DNA of 38,951 nucleotides from Nemertoderma westbladi (Eukaryota; Animalia; Xenacoelomorpha), in the NCBI GenBank assembly GCA_032718475.1, contig JAUCBJ010001792.1, forward strand, positions 1 to 38,951, read 5' to 3'. Every line of letters begins with the position of its first letter. Position 1 is the first letter of the stretch. The translations under genes and the position numbers were made by a program. Below are positions 12,631-24,620 of this stretch, piece after piece. The notes beneath the pieces were generated by a model, which ran no database searches, was not told the origin of the DNA, and saw only the letters and a program-made list of their open reading frames with translations.

Positions 12631-13046
12631 AACCCCCAGTGACACGCTTTCTCATTTTTTCCATTTCTGAACAAAACCATAATATTAAACTGGTATTCAT
12701 TGAATTTAGTCTTACTTAAGTTAAAATTAGCTGTGAGTATTTCTAGTCACATCAACATGTGACTAATTATATTATCTCTATACATTATATTCATATATAA
12801 ATATAATATTTTTAAAGTAATATAATATTATAAATAAATTTTGATGGAATCTAATTTATCGATAATATTCAAGTTTAAACATATTTTACGAAATGTAACT
12901 ATAAAATAAATCAATGTTAATATAAGTAACACAATATTATATAGCCCACCACCTAAACTGTAAATAATATAAAAATACATTGCTTGAAGCGCTGCACTGT
13001 TGCCTAGCAACAGGGGACAATACAATTACAAAAAAAAGTTGGTAAC

Positions 13047-13980
13047 CTAAGGCAACCCAGCACCATCCTCCAGGCCAAGGCCGCTCCTCCACCTAATCCG
13101 CGACCCCATAATAATACAGTGAGAGGCCCCACGGATCAGAGCGAACTGAACCCGGGTGCGCACCCACCCCATCACTACACTGTATGGTTTCCCCCAGGAA
13201 CTGTGGAGCTTCTCCGCGATTATGTGGACTAGCTTGTTGGCCTGGGGGGCCAGCACACCGTCGCAGGATGCAACGAACGGGGAGAAGTCCGCTCATTGAG
13301 TGGTTACGGCTTCCGCGTAGAGGCGCTTCTTGGCCTCTTCGGTGGACTCGAGTACGGAGTTCAGCGAGTGGTTGGCATAAGACCCGGCGTCAAGGTTGAT
13401 GACCTTCATGTCAAACAACGCCTGGGTCTGCCTGTTGAACGCCCACCAAACCCCCAAGTCGCACCGAAGACCTGCGTCCCCATCGACCCCCTGCTGCTCA
13501 TGGACAACGGGTTCATTGACCACGTTCCGGGGCCCGAATGCCAATACCGCGAGGTCCCCAACGACATCCCACAATGCGTTGTGCCTCTGGATGACAAGTC
13601 CAGTGACAGCGACAGCCGGTGTCCAGTGACAATATTGATACCCATCCCTGCGAAGACTTCTGTCGCCTTCTCCACGTACTCCGGGGCCACCACCAAATAG
13701 CACTTACTCGGTGCTGGATATTATCCAAAGGCCAGTCCGATCTTCTGGAGCTTCAGGAACCATTGTAGGACACATTGGAGTTTCCCTGCTGCGGTCGAGT
13801 CTTCAGCAAACCAGTTCTGGATGACCGGAGGACTTCGAAGCTTGTGGACGAGGGGGAGGAGCCCGGACGCGTAAAACAGCATAGCTAGCGGGTCCCCTTG
13901 GGTTGCACCTTCCTCGCTGAACAGGATGACCTCAGTTCCCCGGACTATAAGAATGCTGTAGCCTCTGTAGCAGTTAAACT
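13047..13980 (-). mobile_element. CRE-clade non-LTR retrotransposon fragment (RT + restriction-like endonuclease), internally deleted
   Basis: EGATQGDPLAM, WFAED, G*YPAPSK, then a jump to RHNAL...RCDL..LFDMKV...KKRLY...FSPFVASCDG. GC-rich relative to the flanks. Confidence 0.82.
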
Positions 13981-14109
13981 CTGTCCGTGGCCTCAGTCGT
14001 GTCGAGTAGCTGCTCGGAAGGCCCCACTTCGTGTATGATTATTACAGTATGTGTTATATTTGTAGGTTAGGCCTACTAAATTGGTAAGATTAACTGTTAA
14101 CACTGTCAC

Positions 14110-15068
14110 ATGACCCTCTTTATGAATATTAAAGCGGAACCAAAGGAGAAAATTTACAGGAATATTTTTCATCCTCTTGATTTATTTTCTGATTCATAGC
14201 ATTACATGGATAACGGATTGGATATACTTAGGGATGACTTGATGCAAATAAAGGAAGACCAGTTCCCCCAGAAATTGCTGTAATGACAATGTTAAAGTAC
14301 ATGGCATCAAATGACTATCAAATTGGTGTTGCTGAAGATTTCCATCTCTCAGAACCCAGATATCACATTGCATTTGGAAATTGGTTGACAGTTTGGTCTC
14401 CAAAGTGGATGATTTCATTAAATTTCCAGTGTCAGTAGAGGTTGTTCATTAGAATCAACATCAATTTTACGATATAGCCATGTTGTTGGTTGCATTGACG
14501 GTACGCACATCAATACAAGCGCCACATGAACGAGAGCGGGACTACGTAAATCGCTGCAACTACCACAGTCTCAACATACAAGGAGTATGTGATGCTCAGG
14601 GGCGATTCATAAACATATTAGCTAAGTGGCCTGGAGCAACACAGGGCAGCTTCATTTGTCGACATAGTGATCTATGGGACGCCTATGAGGATCATCACCT
14701 AAGCGGGATATTTCTTTTAGATTCAGGATATCCAAACCACCCATGGCTATTAAGCCCTTTGCCAGACCTTACACAAATCCGCAAACAGCCTTTAATAAAT
14801 CCCATAAAAAACTAGAGTTCTAATATAACAGGTGTTTGGTCGATGGAAGAGATGATTTGGAATTCTGGATTTCTGATTGCACCCTGATAAGGCGACTAAG
14901 ATAGTCGCTGTAAGTGCAATTCTCCACAATATTGCAATTGACTGCAACGAGGTTCAAGCTGAAGACTTGGAACTACCAGTAAACCAACCAGCAGTGGAAC
15001 CTTACCAGGGGAACCTCAACGCAGGAATACTGTTTAGACAAAATTTTTCGAACACCCATTTTAATTAA
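14110..15068 (+). pseudogene. PIF/Harbinger (HARBI1-like) transposase, decayed
   Basis: VVGCIDGTH, YVNRCNYHSLNIQGVCD, AKWPG, DSGYP..WLLSP, FGRWKR, AILHNIA. Many frameshifts. Confidence 0.88.
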
Positions 15069-15276
15069 TTTATATTGGTTATCACTGTCTAGTACAGTAG
15101 TATAGGCCTACAGTACCAACGTCTGTAATTAGAATAAAAATTTGTGACTGACATGTAATGTTTGTAATACTATATTTTGTAACACGATGTTGGACTGTCT
15201 TGCTGAAATGAGTCAAGTGCAGGATGCACATAAGCATGGTTATAGTTTGAAGACTATTGAAAACCACAACATAACG

Positions 15277-15806
15277 CAGTGCTGTTCAACTAGTTAAGTT
15301 GTCATTTGGTGTTATTTAGTTAAAGTGGTTTTAGTTAATTTGTCGCGACGAATTTAGTTACTTAAAGCGTTTTTAGAAGAAAAATAGTTGAACTTTCAAC
15401 TAAATTCTAACTAAATTCCAAACCTTAGCCATACCACCATTGCCGATCATACTGTACTATTCGCTTTATCTGATGCTTCTTCTGAAAGTACCATGGATTT
15501 CTTCGAAACAAAGAAACGCGCAGAAGATACAGAGCTAAAGAGGTACTTAAATGACCCAAGGACCAACATGGCGATGTTGGATGATTATCCAAACGTCCCT
15601 ACACTGTTCCGAAGTTACAACTGTGTGCCAGCCTATGGTTACATGAATTTTTCAAAATTGTGTTTTAGTTAAGTTTTAGTTAACATTTTAACTTTTATTT
15701 AACTAGACACCTCAGAATTAGTTGAAAAAGGTAGTTAACTAGTCATTTTTAATTATTTAGTTGGGATTAGTTAAATTGTCACTACAAAATTAGTTGAACA
15801 GCACTG
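15277..15806 (+). mobile_element. Non-autonomous hAT element (530 bp)
   Basis: 16-bp TIR CAGTGCTGTTCAACTA. Flanks CATAAC-G / CATAACCG (8-bp TSD with a 1-nt loss). TAGTT subterminal repeats. Internal ELKRYLNDPRTNMAMLDDYPNVPTLFRSYN resembles the hAT dimerisation domain. Confidence 0.82.
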
Positions 15807-16079
15807 CATAACCGTACAGTAGGCAATAGACGACATCCGATAAATTGTGAAATGCCTCACATCTCTAATTAGGCTCGCGATCCAAACACTGGAGGGGTGG
15901 GGTGAGGCCAAGGTGAAGACAAGGGGTGGGGGGCTGGGTTGGGTTGGGTGGTTGGTGGGGGGGGGGCTCCACCTGCCGTCTCCAGTTTCCTTTGGCAGCC
16001 AGCAAAGCCCTGTTCTAGAATACTCATCAGTGGTTTGGTCTCATAGAAAATAGGTGAAATGAGACTCATTGAGGGAGTG

Positions 16080-16450
16080 CAACGCCATGCACAGTCTCCA
16101 CAACCTTGATTACCCATCACGTCTTTGTAAGCTGGGCCTACCAATGTTGGAATATCGGCGTCACCGTGCTGATATGATCCAGGTCTATAAACTACTGACG
16201 GGCCTCGACAATGCGGACTATCGCACCTACCTCACGCTAGATCCCTCTTGTCGCCGCGGCCACTCTCTGAAGATATTTAAACCTCGGGTGCATCTTGTGA
16301 TATGTAACTTGACCTTTAGCTTTCTAGTAATCGATGACTGGAACCGTTTAACCGAATCTGTAGTTTCATCACCAAACACTGAACACATTTAAATCAAGGC
16401 TCAATGAACACTATAAAAATTTACCATTGAAATATTATCCATCCTGGTAG
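16080..16450 (+). mobile_element. CR1-type LINE 3' fragment
   Basis: YPSRLCKLGLPMLEYRRHRADMIQVYK...RGHSLKI...WNRL...FKSRL. Confidence 0.85.
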
Positions 16451-16937
16451 CAATAAGGTTAACAGAAATAAATCCCCAATAACTCCATTTTTTTTTATTC
16501 ATTTATAGCGCTGCATTCGTATTTTTTATGTATTTAACAATTACTTAATTTTATGGAAACATTTGTTAAACTCGTTTACATTTGTTTTTACTTAATTGAC
16601 TTAATCTGTATTAATTTTAATTTATAGCAACACATTCATATTTTTTAAGTATATAAGAATTACTTACTTAATTTTATGGAAACATTTTTTAAACTCGTTA
16701 ACATTTGCTTTTTTTTACTTAATTGCCTTAATCTGCTAAGGCCGTAATCTATTTATCATATAATTACAAAATAATATTGTCATTTGCTGTCTTAAATATG
16801 GTCAATTGCTGTCAATCCAATTTTTATTTTTTTTAATTATGTTAATCTTCCATATTTTATACATTATGTATAGTAAGTAGCTAGCTAGTATAGATAAAAT
16901 TGAGGGGGGGGGGGGGGGGGGGGGTGCACAAAACACA

Positions 16938-17223
16938 CTAGTACTGACTGGGGCAATGGTAGTGGAGGTCCACCCCATTTTTTTTCACATGTTTAATGCT
17001 GGTGGCAACTGCTTCTTTGGCAGCTGACTTCATGTTACCAAATTTCCACTTGTATTGTTGAATGGTGCGATTACACCCAAACTTGGCGTTTAGATGATGT
17101 GCCATGGCCTTCCATGCATCACTACGCATAGGGTCAGTGTCCGCATCATGGGACTTTAGAAAAATACTTTTTATCACTTTCGTGGACTAATTCGACCCTG
17201 GAAGACAAACTTTTCGTTTTCAT
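16938..17223 (-). pseudogene. Myb/SANT-like DNA-binding protein fragment (probable Harbinger accessory gene)
   Basis: RSDAWKAMAHHLNAKFGCNRTIQQYKWKFGNMKSAAK fits the trihelix/Myb pattern. Convergent with the Harbinger transposase. Confidence 0.72.
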
Positions 17224-17319
17224 GTTGTTTTTTAAAATAGCTATGCTTTTTATGTTCTAGAACATTGAGACAAATTAGCTAAAAATTGACTATTTCTCTG
17301 TGTTCTAATGTTAGTTTTA

Positions 17320-17497
17320 GGCCGCGTGCACACTACCGAGTCAAAGTCAAAGGAAAATATATATAACTGGCTAGCAATAATAAATAATAATACATTATAT
17401 AGGTCTAATATAATAAATACATAAGGGCATTATTAAATTAAATTTCATGTGATATATTTTACATTTTGTCTTTTGACTTGGTATTGTGAACGTGGCC
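17320..17497. mobile_element. Tourist-like (Harbinger) MITE, 178 bp
   Basis: Imperfect ~26-bp TIRs GGCCGCGTGCACACTACCGAGTCAAA / GGCCACGTTCACAATACCAAGTCAAA. AT-rich core. TTA/TTT flanks. Confidence 0.7.
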
Positions 17498-17619
17498 TTT
17501 AAATATTATTTTAGTATAATTTACAACATTTCGATTCTAAATTGTTTTTTTTTTATATTTTATAAAAAGTACTAGCTAACACAAAATCAAATACATCATT
17601 AAATACATCATATAAAGTA

Positions 17620-17887
17620 ATACATCATTAAAATGATGTTTTATAGGTAGTTTATGTTAACAGCTAGATGCTGATTAAAGCATGATAAACACAAGCACAA
17701 TTCTGCAAGACTGGTGGTAGGTACAATATGTGGCATTTCCCAGAAGGGGAATTAGGGAGGTGATCGTGGTGGAGGGTGTTGGGCACCTGGGCTAGCTGCC
17801 ACTATGGTTGATGCACTGGAGATGAGGGCCGTTCAAATTATTTATTATTTTTAATTTTTGTGAATCCCATTTGTTCTATATATATCT
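17620..17887 (+). repeat. Dispersed ~280-bp repeat, copy 2
   Basis: Matches 10971-11253. Confidence 0.85.
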
Positions 17888-18132
17888 TTTTTTAAACTTT
17901 TTAGCGTTTTACCATTTGGTGGTTTTAGTTCCGGCAGCGGCAGAACAATCCAATGTTCTAGAACATAATAAAATGCCATAAAACTCAAAAGAAGACACAA
18001 ATGTGCTGCTGTATACATACTGTACTAGTACTGGTTATGCATACTATACTAGTACCGAACTAAGTTTAGTATAGTAACAGTTTATGAATACCGATATTTT
18101 TTAAGAGATAGTTGAAACTAAGTTAAGTCAAT

Positions 18133-18280
18133 GCTCTTACTAAAATCAGTTATTTTAAGTAACAGATAGCTCTTACTAAACATAGTTGCAGCTCTTACTA
18201 AAAATAGTATTCATTCAGCCAGGGAAAATTTACCTCTCTTACGAAAATGAAATCGTCCCAGCCCTGGTGGAACCATAGCC
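18133..18280. mobile_element. Possible DNA-transposon terminus (Harbinger-like)
   Basis: GCTCTTACTAAA occurs three times, followed by GGTGGAACCATAGCC. No partner TIR was found. Confidence 0.3.
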
Positions 18281-18351
18281 AGTCCCATCTGCCCCACCTA
18301 GGAGGAAACGGCCATCACTGTTGAAAATAATTTGGAGAAATATAAGAAATC

Positions 18352-19175
18352 ATGGACCCTGGTTCTGGTTCATTAGATTTTTCATTGCTTTTTGTGTCTT
18401 TGCTGTAATGTAATTTATGTGCTGGTGAGCCAAACAATGGGCAAAATAGGGGAAGACAAAGAGAAAGAAGATGGGATTCGGACAGTTGGCCCAGACTGGG
18501 ATGGATATCATACATCTCCATAGATAGGAGAGGGTACAGAAAGGGTAGAGACACTGAAAGTACAGCTAGTAGTGAGTTGTCCACCACCGACACTACTGCT
18601 GTATCTACAACAATCGCATCAACCACCACCTCCATTGATGATGTTTTTTATTGGGGGTTTATCGAATGCATTGAGTCAACATGTTATGACTACGCTCATT
18701 CTGATATATGCCATAGAGTAACACAATCTGAGCCGTAATATACCGTCGATAATAAACCTTTGGGTGGTATCAATTATTCATCATCAGCAAGCAACTGAGA
18801 TGTGATGGAGGATGGATTATATTTTATAGTCGCATTGGCAACAACATTGACATCTGGGATGATGATAGTTCTAACTACCACCCGGGATTGGGAAATCCCA
18901 ACAAATCTTACTTTCTACATGTGGAAAATATCGATTGGCTGAAACACGGGAAAGACTTTACTGTGGGGTCTGGATATGTGCTAAAGATTACAAGTTACAC
19001 CCATTCATGTACTGCCGGTGTATTGGATAAAGCAACATATTATGCTCTCACTCGGCTGGTTAACAAGAAGTTGACTTCAGTAGTGGATGGTAGACTGGTG
19101 GAACTCACCCAAATAAATGAATGTGAGGAAGATAAATTAGAAATGAAACTAAAATGCCTGCCACAAAGAAACTAA
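18352..19175 (+). pseudogene. Fibrinogen-related domain (FReD) protein pseudogene, copy A, no evident introns
   Basis: Hydrophobic N-terminus, Ser/Thr-rich stalk, then GWYQL..CDGGWIIFYSR...YHPGLGNPNKSYFLHVENIDWL...FTVGSGYVLKITSY..TAG. This parallels the FReD pattern GGWTVFQRR..Y..GFG...FWLG.ENIH.L. Frameshifts and stops present. Confidence 0.7.
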
Positions 19176-19463
19176 AGAATCAAACTGTACTGTAGCCAAT
19201 AGCATTAGGTTACTTATTGTGTTTGTATGTTTGTCACAAGCAACAATAATAGAAATGGAATAGTTAGACCAACATGATTTAATAATATCCAATTCAGTTA
19301 CAATAAACAAATGAACGGCACTGAATTCAAAGTAACAATTTTAGTGTATTTGTACATATCGCATCAAGGTGGTAATGTAGTCTTGTGCCGCACTTCACAA
19401 ATTGAGAATGAGATTTATTTTCTTTGCTATCTTTACCTGTATTTTATTTTACATTAAATATAA

Positions 19464-19695
19464 AATGATAAAGAAAAACCGAACTTGTTTGACGTTTACA
19501 ATACCTCTGGTCTAGAAGAAGATGACTTACGTACTGTTCTAACTGACTATGAAACGCGAAATGACCAGAAACTTAATAAAGAATTGTCCAATTATTTAAG
19601 AGACTTTCTTATCAAGTTTAAACATGAAACTGGACATTAACTTACTGAAATGAAGACACAATTTGATGACCTTAACGACCAGATTACTACTTTAA
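19464..19695 (+). pseudogene. Putative N-terminal part of an endogenous viral RdRp
   Basis: Nearly open frame NDKEKPNLFDVYN...FDDLNDQITTL ending at the TTAA insertion site. It has no diagnostic motif and is assigned only by contiguity with motif-bearing pieces in both duplicated copies. Confidence 0.55.
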
Positions 19696-20868
19696 CCCTA
19701 TTACCACTGGGGTGTTTAGACCATTAGCAGCACCCCCCCCCCCCCCCCCGCTGTATTTTTGTAATCATCCAATAAAATCCTAGAAATTTGGGTTGTATGT
19801 GAAAAAATTATCGAAGAAAAATTTTCAATTCCAAAAAAATGAAAATTTCATAAGGTGGGTTTAATAATTTTCATGAAAAATAGAAATTGTTGGCTAGCAT
19901 TAGAAGGTTTTTCACTACGCTGAATCGAATGTGATTATATTCCATTGCCGAAAATTAAAGTGGATTCTATTTTTCGTGCATCTAAGAAGTGGGCATTGGC
20001 ACTTCAAATTTTTAAAAATACGATATTCGGAAAATACCTCCCTCTTTTGATTTCAATGCGTTTTTATAGGTTTTCCGGACCGCTGATTCAATTTAAAATA
20101 TTATCAAAGCCGGATGACTCCTTGGATCGTCCTTTTTGGAGCAGCAAAATTTAAGGAGTGGCACTTATTCAAATTTTGTAAAGTACCACACCCTAATTGT
20201 GGTGTACCAATAATGACGTATTACTAAGACTTTAAGCTTCAATATTACTTTCAATCGATTCAGCGGTCCAGGTAACCTATAAAAATGGGTTGAAATTAAA
20301 ACCTTGTGGTATTTCTGAATATCGTAATTTTGAAATTTGAAGTAAGCCTACTTGCCATCATGCCCTAATTTTGGCGCACCAAAAATGATGTACCACTAAA
20401 AATGGAGTCTTCTTCTATATTACTTTCAATCGATTAAGCGGGCCAGAAAACCCATAAAAATGCGTTGAAATCAAAACTTCGGAGAATTTAACGAATATTG
20501 CAATTTTGAAAATTTGAAGTGCCACACCCTAATTTTAGTGCACCAAAAATGACGTATCACTTCCGTTACATACTTATATAGATAATAGTAGAGAGCTCCA
20601 TACGAATCAGAATCAATAAAAAAAAGCCCCAACATAAAGAATTACTAACTCACAGATGATCTTGTAAAATTCGAAAATTTCAAAAAAAATTTTGCTGGGG
20701 ACCAAATGTTGAGGTGTAACCCACATCGAAAAGTCTAAATCTAATTGCAACGCCATTTTTTGCAAAAGACGCGCCATTAAATTTTGACTAATTCTCCTAA
20801 AAAATTTGGCTGGTACATAATGTGGTTGCATATATACAGCAATTAAAAACTAGGGGGGGGGGGCGAAT
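19696..20868 (+). mobile_element. Non-autonomous piggyBac-type element in each array unit (also from 21340 and 22988)
   Basis: TTAA|CCCTATTACCACTGG terminus. Internal direct and inverted subrepeats. The right end is truncated after poly-G GGGCGAAT, the complement of left-end ATTCGCCC seen in units 2 and 3. Confidence 0.75.
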
Positions 20869-21186
20869 TGTTTCATATTGTTTCAGATTATGTTTCAAAT
20901 ATGGACTACTATGATCCTGATATTTTAGAAGTTAAATGGGATAAATCCTGTGACATAATAATACCCTTACATTGCTGGAACAAAACGCGAAGATATTTTT
21001 GATAGAGTTGTTAAAGAAGCATCTGACCTCTTTAAAGACAAAACTTATAAAAACTATTTTGAAGATCACCTTTGGTTTACTGGGGGAAGAGCTAAACTAA
21101 TGGAAGACTCCAAAAAAGATAACGCAAGACTAATTGAATATCCACGCTTTATATACTATCTATTCTCTGCTGCCTATCCAGCCTAG
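20865..21186 (+). pseudogene. Endogenous RNA-virus RdRp fragment (motif G/F region), array unit 1
   Basis: ELFHIVSDY...KWDKSC / PYIAGTKREDIFDRVVKEA...HLWFTGGRAKLMEDSKKDNARLIEYP, with one frameshift. Confidence 0.75.
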
Positions 21187-22527
21187 CCCAGAATGACCAG
21201 AAACTTAATGACCAGAAACTTAATAAAGAATTCTCCAATTTAAGAGACTTTCTTATCATGTTTAAACATGAAACTGGACATAAACTTACTGAAATGAAGA
21301 CACAATTTGATGACCTTAACGACCAGATTACTACTTTAACCCTATTACCACTGGGGTGTTTAGACCATTAGCAGCACTGGCGGGGGGTCGATTCGCCCCC
21401 CCCCCCCCCCCCCCCGCTGTATTTTTGTAATCATCCAATAAAATCCTAGAAATTTGGGTTGTATGTGAAAAAATTATCGAAGAAAAATTTTCAATTCCAA
21501 AAAAATGAAAATTTCATAAGGTGGGTTTAATAATTTTCATGAAAAATAGAAATTGTTGGCTAGCATTAGAAAGTTTTTCACTACGCTGAATCGAATGTGA
21601 TTATATTCCATTGCCGAAAATTGTGGATTCTATTTTTCGTGCACCTAAGAAGTGGGCATTGGCACTTCAAATTTTTAAAAATACGATATTCGGAAAATAC
21701 CTCCCTCTTTTGATTTCAATGCGTTTTTATAGGTTTTCCGGACCGCTGATTCAATTTAAAATATTATCAAAGCCGGAAGACTCCTTGGATCGTCCTTTTT
21801 GGAGCAGCAAAATTTAAGGAGTGGCACTTATTCAAATTTTGTAAAGTACCACACCCTAATTGTGGTGTACCAATAATGACGTATTACTAAGACTTTAAGC
21901 TTCAATATTACTTTCAATCGATTCAGCGGTCCAGGTAACCTATAAAAATGGGTTGAAATGAAAACCTTGTGGTATTTCTGAATATCGTAATTTTTAAATT
22001 TGAAGTAAGCCTACTTGCCATCATGCCCTAATTTTGGTGCACCAAAAATGATGTACCACTAAAAATGGAGTCTTCTTCTATATTACTTTCAATCGATTAA
22101 GCGGGCCAGAAAACCCATAAAAATGCGTTGAAATCAAAACTTTGGAGAATTTAACGAATATTGCAATTTTGAAAATTTGAAGTGCCACACCCTAATTTTA
22201 GTGCACCAAAAATGACGTATCACTTCCGTTACATACTTATATAGATAATAGTAGAGAGCTCCATACGAATCAGAATCAATAAAAAAAAGCCCCAACATAA
22301 AGAATTACTAACTCACAGATGATCTTGTAAAATTCGAAAATTTCAAAAAAATTTCTGCTGGGGACCAAATTTTGAGGTGTAACCCACATCGAAAAGTCTA
22401 AATCTAATTGCAACGCCATTTTTTGCAAAAGACGCGCCATTAAATTTTGACTAATTCTCCTAAAAAATTTGGCTGGTACATAATGTGGTTGCATATATAC
22501 AGCAATTAAAAACTAGGGGGGGGGGGC

Positions 22528-22849
22528 GAATTGTTTCATATTGTTTCAGATTATGTTTCAAATATGGACTACTATGATCCTGATATTTTAGAAGTTAAAT
22601 GGGATAAATCCTGTGACATAATAATACCCTTACATTGCTGGAACAAAACGCGAAGATATTTTTGATAGAGTTGTTAAAGAAGCATCTGACCTCTTTAAAG
22701 ACAAAACTTATAAAAACTATTTTGAAGATCACCTTTGGTTTACTGGGGGAAGAGCTAAACTAATGGAAGACTCCAAAAAAGATAACGCAAGACTAATTGA
22801 ATATCCACGCTTTATATACTATCTATTCTCTGCTGCCTATCCAGCCTAG
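22528..22849 (+). pseudogene. Endogenous RNA-virus RdRp fragment (motif G/F region), array unit 2
   Basis: Essentially identical to 20865-21186. Confidence 0.75.
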
Positions 22850-24479
22850 CCCAGAATGACCAGAAACTTAATAAAGAATTCTCCAATTTAAGAGACTTTC
22901 TTATCATGTTTAAACATGAAACTGGACATAAACTTACTGAAATGAAGACACAATTTGATGACCTTAACGACCAGATTACTACTTTAACCCTATTACCACT
23001 GGGGTGTTTAGACCATTAGCAGCACTGGCGGGGGGTCGATTCGCCCCCCCCCCCCCCCCCCCGCTGTATTTTTGTGATCATCCAATAAAATCCTAGAAAT
23101 TTGGGTTGTATGTGAAAAAATTATCGAAGAAAAATTTTCAATTCCAAAAAAATGAAAATTTCATAAGGTGGGTTTAATAATTTTCATGAAAAATAGAAAT
23201 TGTTGGCTAGCATTAGAAAGTTTTTCACTACGCTGAATCGAATGTGATTATATTCCATTGCCGAAAATTGTGGATTCTATTTTTCGTGCACCTAAGAAGT
23301 GGGCATTGGCACTTCAAATTTTTAAAAATACGATATTCGGAAAATACCTCCCTCTTTTGATTTCAATGCGTTTTTATAGGTTTTCCGGACCGCTGAATCA
23401 ATTTAAAATATTATCAAAGCCGGAAGACTCCTTGGATCGTCCTTTTTGGAGCAGCAAAATTTAAGGAGTGGCACTTATTCAAATTTTGTAAAGTACCACA
23501 CCCTAATTGTGGTGTACCAATAATGACGTATTACTAAGACTTTAAGCTTCAATATTACTTTCAATCGATTCAGCGGTCCAGATAACCTATAAAAATAGGT
23601 TGAAATGAAAACCTTGTGGTATTTCTGAATATCGTAATTTTGAAATTTGAAGTAAGCCTACTTGCCATCATGCCCTAATTTTGTGCACCAAAAATGATGT
23701 ACCACTAAGAATGGAACTTGATTAAGTGACCACTCACACCCTACCAATATAAGGCGTTGTTGTACAATTTTAATGATAACTTGTTTATTGCGGTCCTGGA
23801 TAAATTTTTACCAGGTCACTGCATCAAAAAATCAAAGGCACTGCTCGATTCACATTGAAATTAGTGTTAAGTTAAAATAAAAATAAAGTTTCATATTGAA
23901 TGGCTACTTTATATGTTTTGCAAAAATCAATAATCCAACATTGACAAAATGCCATTCGCTGAAAATATTAACCAATATTTTCGGATACTGCAGCTACAGA
24001 TTTAATTTGTGATATTATTTCGAACCCCACTTACCAATACTATTTTCATTTTTTGCAATGCTTATATTTCAACTTGCATAGACACAGATTCAAACTATTA
24101 TACATCAGTGCAATAAAAATAGTGGGTTTTCCATATATTATCCTGATCAATAAAGAGGGAAATCCAAATTATTTAATTATATTGTACTAAGGCCTTTGGT
24201 CAGTAGGTAGGCCTACTCCATTGTCACGGTACGGAAAGGACTAAGACAGCAGGACCGACCTAATCAGCTAAATCGCTATGGCATTGGACTGTAAGTATTG
24301 AGCAGATATCAATATGCACCAGTGCAAACTGCAAACTGCAAACACATTATTATCTGATGTATGGTGCGTGTAACTGTAGTAGGCCTAGGCCATATATCCA
24401 CTAGACACATATTTAGGCCTACTTCTCAGAATGCGATTATTAGTCGCATCTGGTTGGTTGGTCAGCCAGTTGATCCGCA

Positions 24480-24620
24480 CCAGTTGCCAATAAATGGACT
24501 CGTATTGTGCTGATTATTTTATCATTTAAATATGGATAAAATGACAACAGTATCAATGGCATGTAACTCCATTGCTGGTGAAGTATATGATTTCTGGAGG
24601 CGAGCAAACATCCAAGAATA
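24480..24620 (+). mobile_element. Possible DNA transposase N-terminal remnant
   Basis: QLPINGLVL..FYHL...ACNSIAGEVYDFWRRANI recalls the FWxKAxIP motif of some hAT-like transposases. Recognised from memory only. Confidence 0.35.

Larger units (their letters stand above)
12115..12686 (+). repeat. Tandem ~342-bp repeat (1.7 units) carrying hammerhead ribozymes; retrozyme-like
   Basis: 12115-12343 matches 12457-12686. Each unit contains CTGATGA...GAAA. Confidence 0.85.
19560..23715 (+). repeat. Tandem array, ~1.65-kb unit, about 2.5 near-identical copies
   Basis: Units start near 19560, 21191 and 22854. Repeated ORFs are offset by 1663 bp (20613/22276) and 1647 bp (21611/23258). Confidence 0.97.

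Noticed and set aside
13184-13728. Multiple overlapping ORFs on both strands
   Set aside because: By-products of the GC-rich CRE fragment; only the RT/REL frames carry motifs.
16530-16925. ~125-bp AT-rich tandem duplication and a long poly-G run
   Set aside because: Ordinary low-complexity sequence with no further structure.
19945-23464. Repeated short ORFs (MPKI..., MQPH...) as a multicopy gene system
   Set aside because: They lie inside the non-coding transposon part of the array, show no motifs and recur only because the DNA is repeated.
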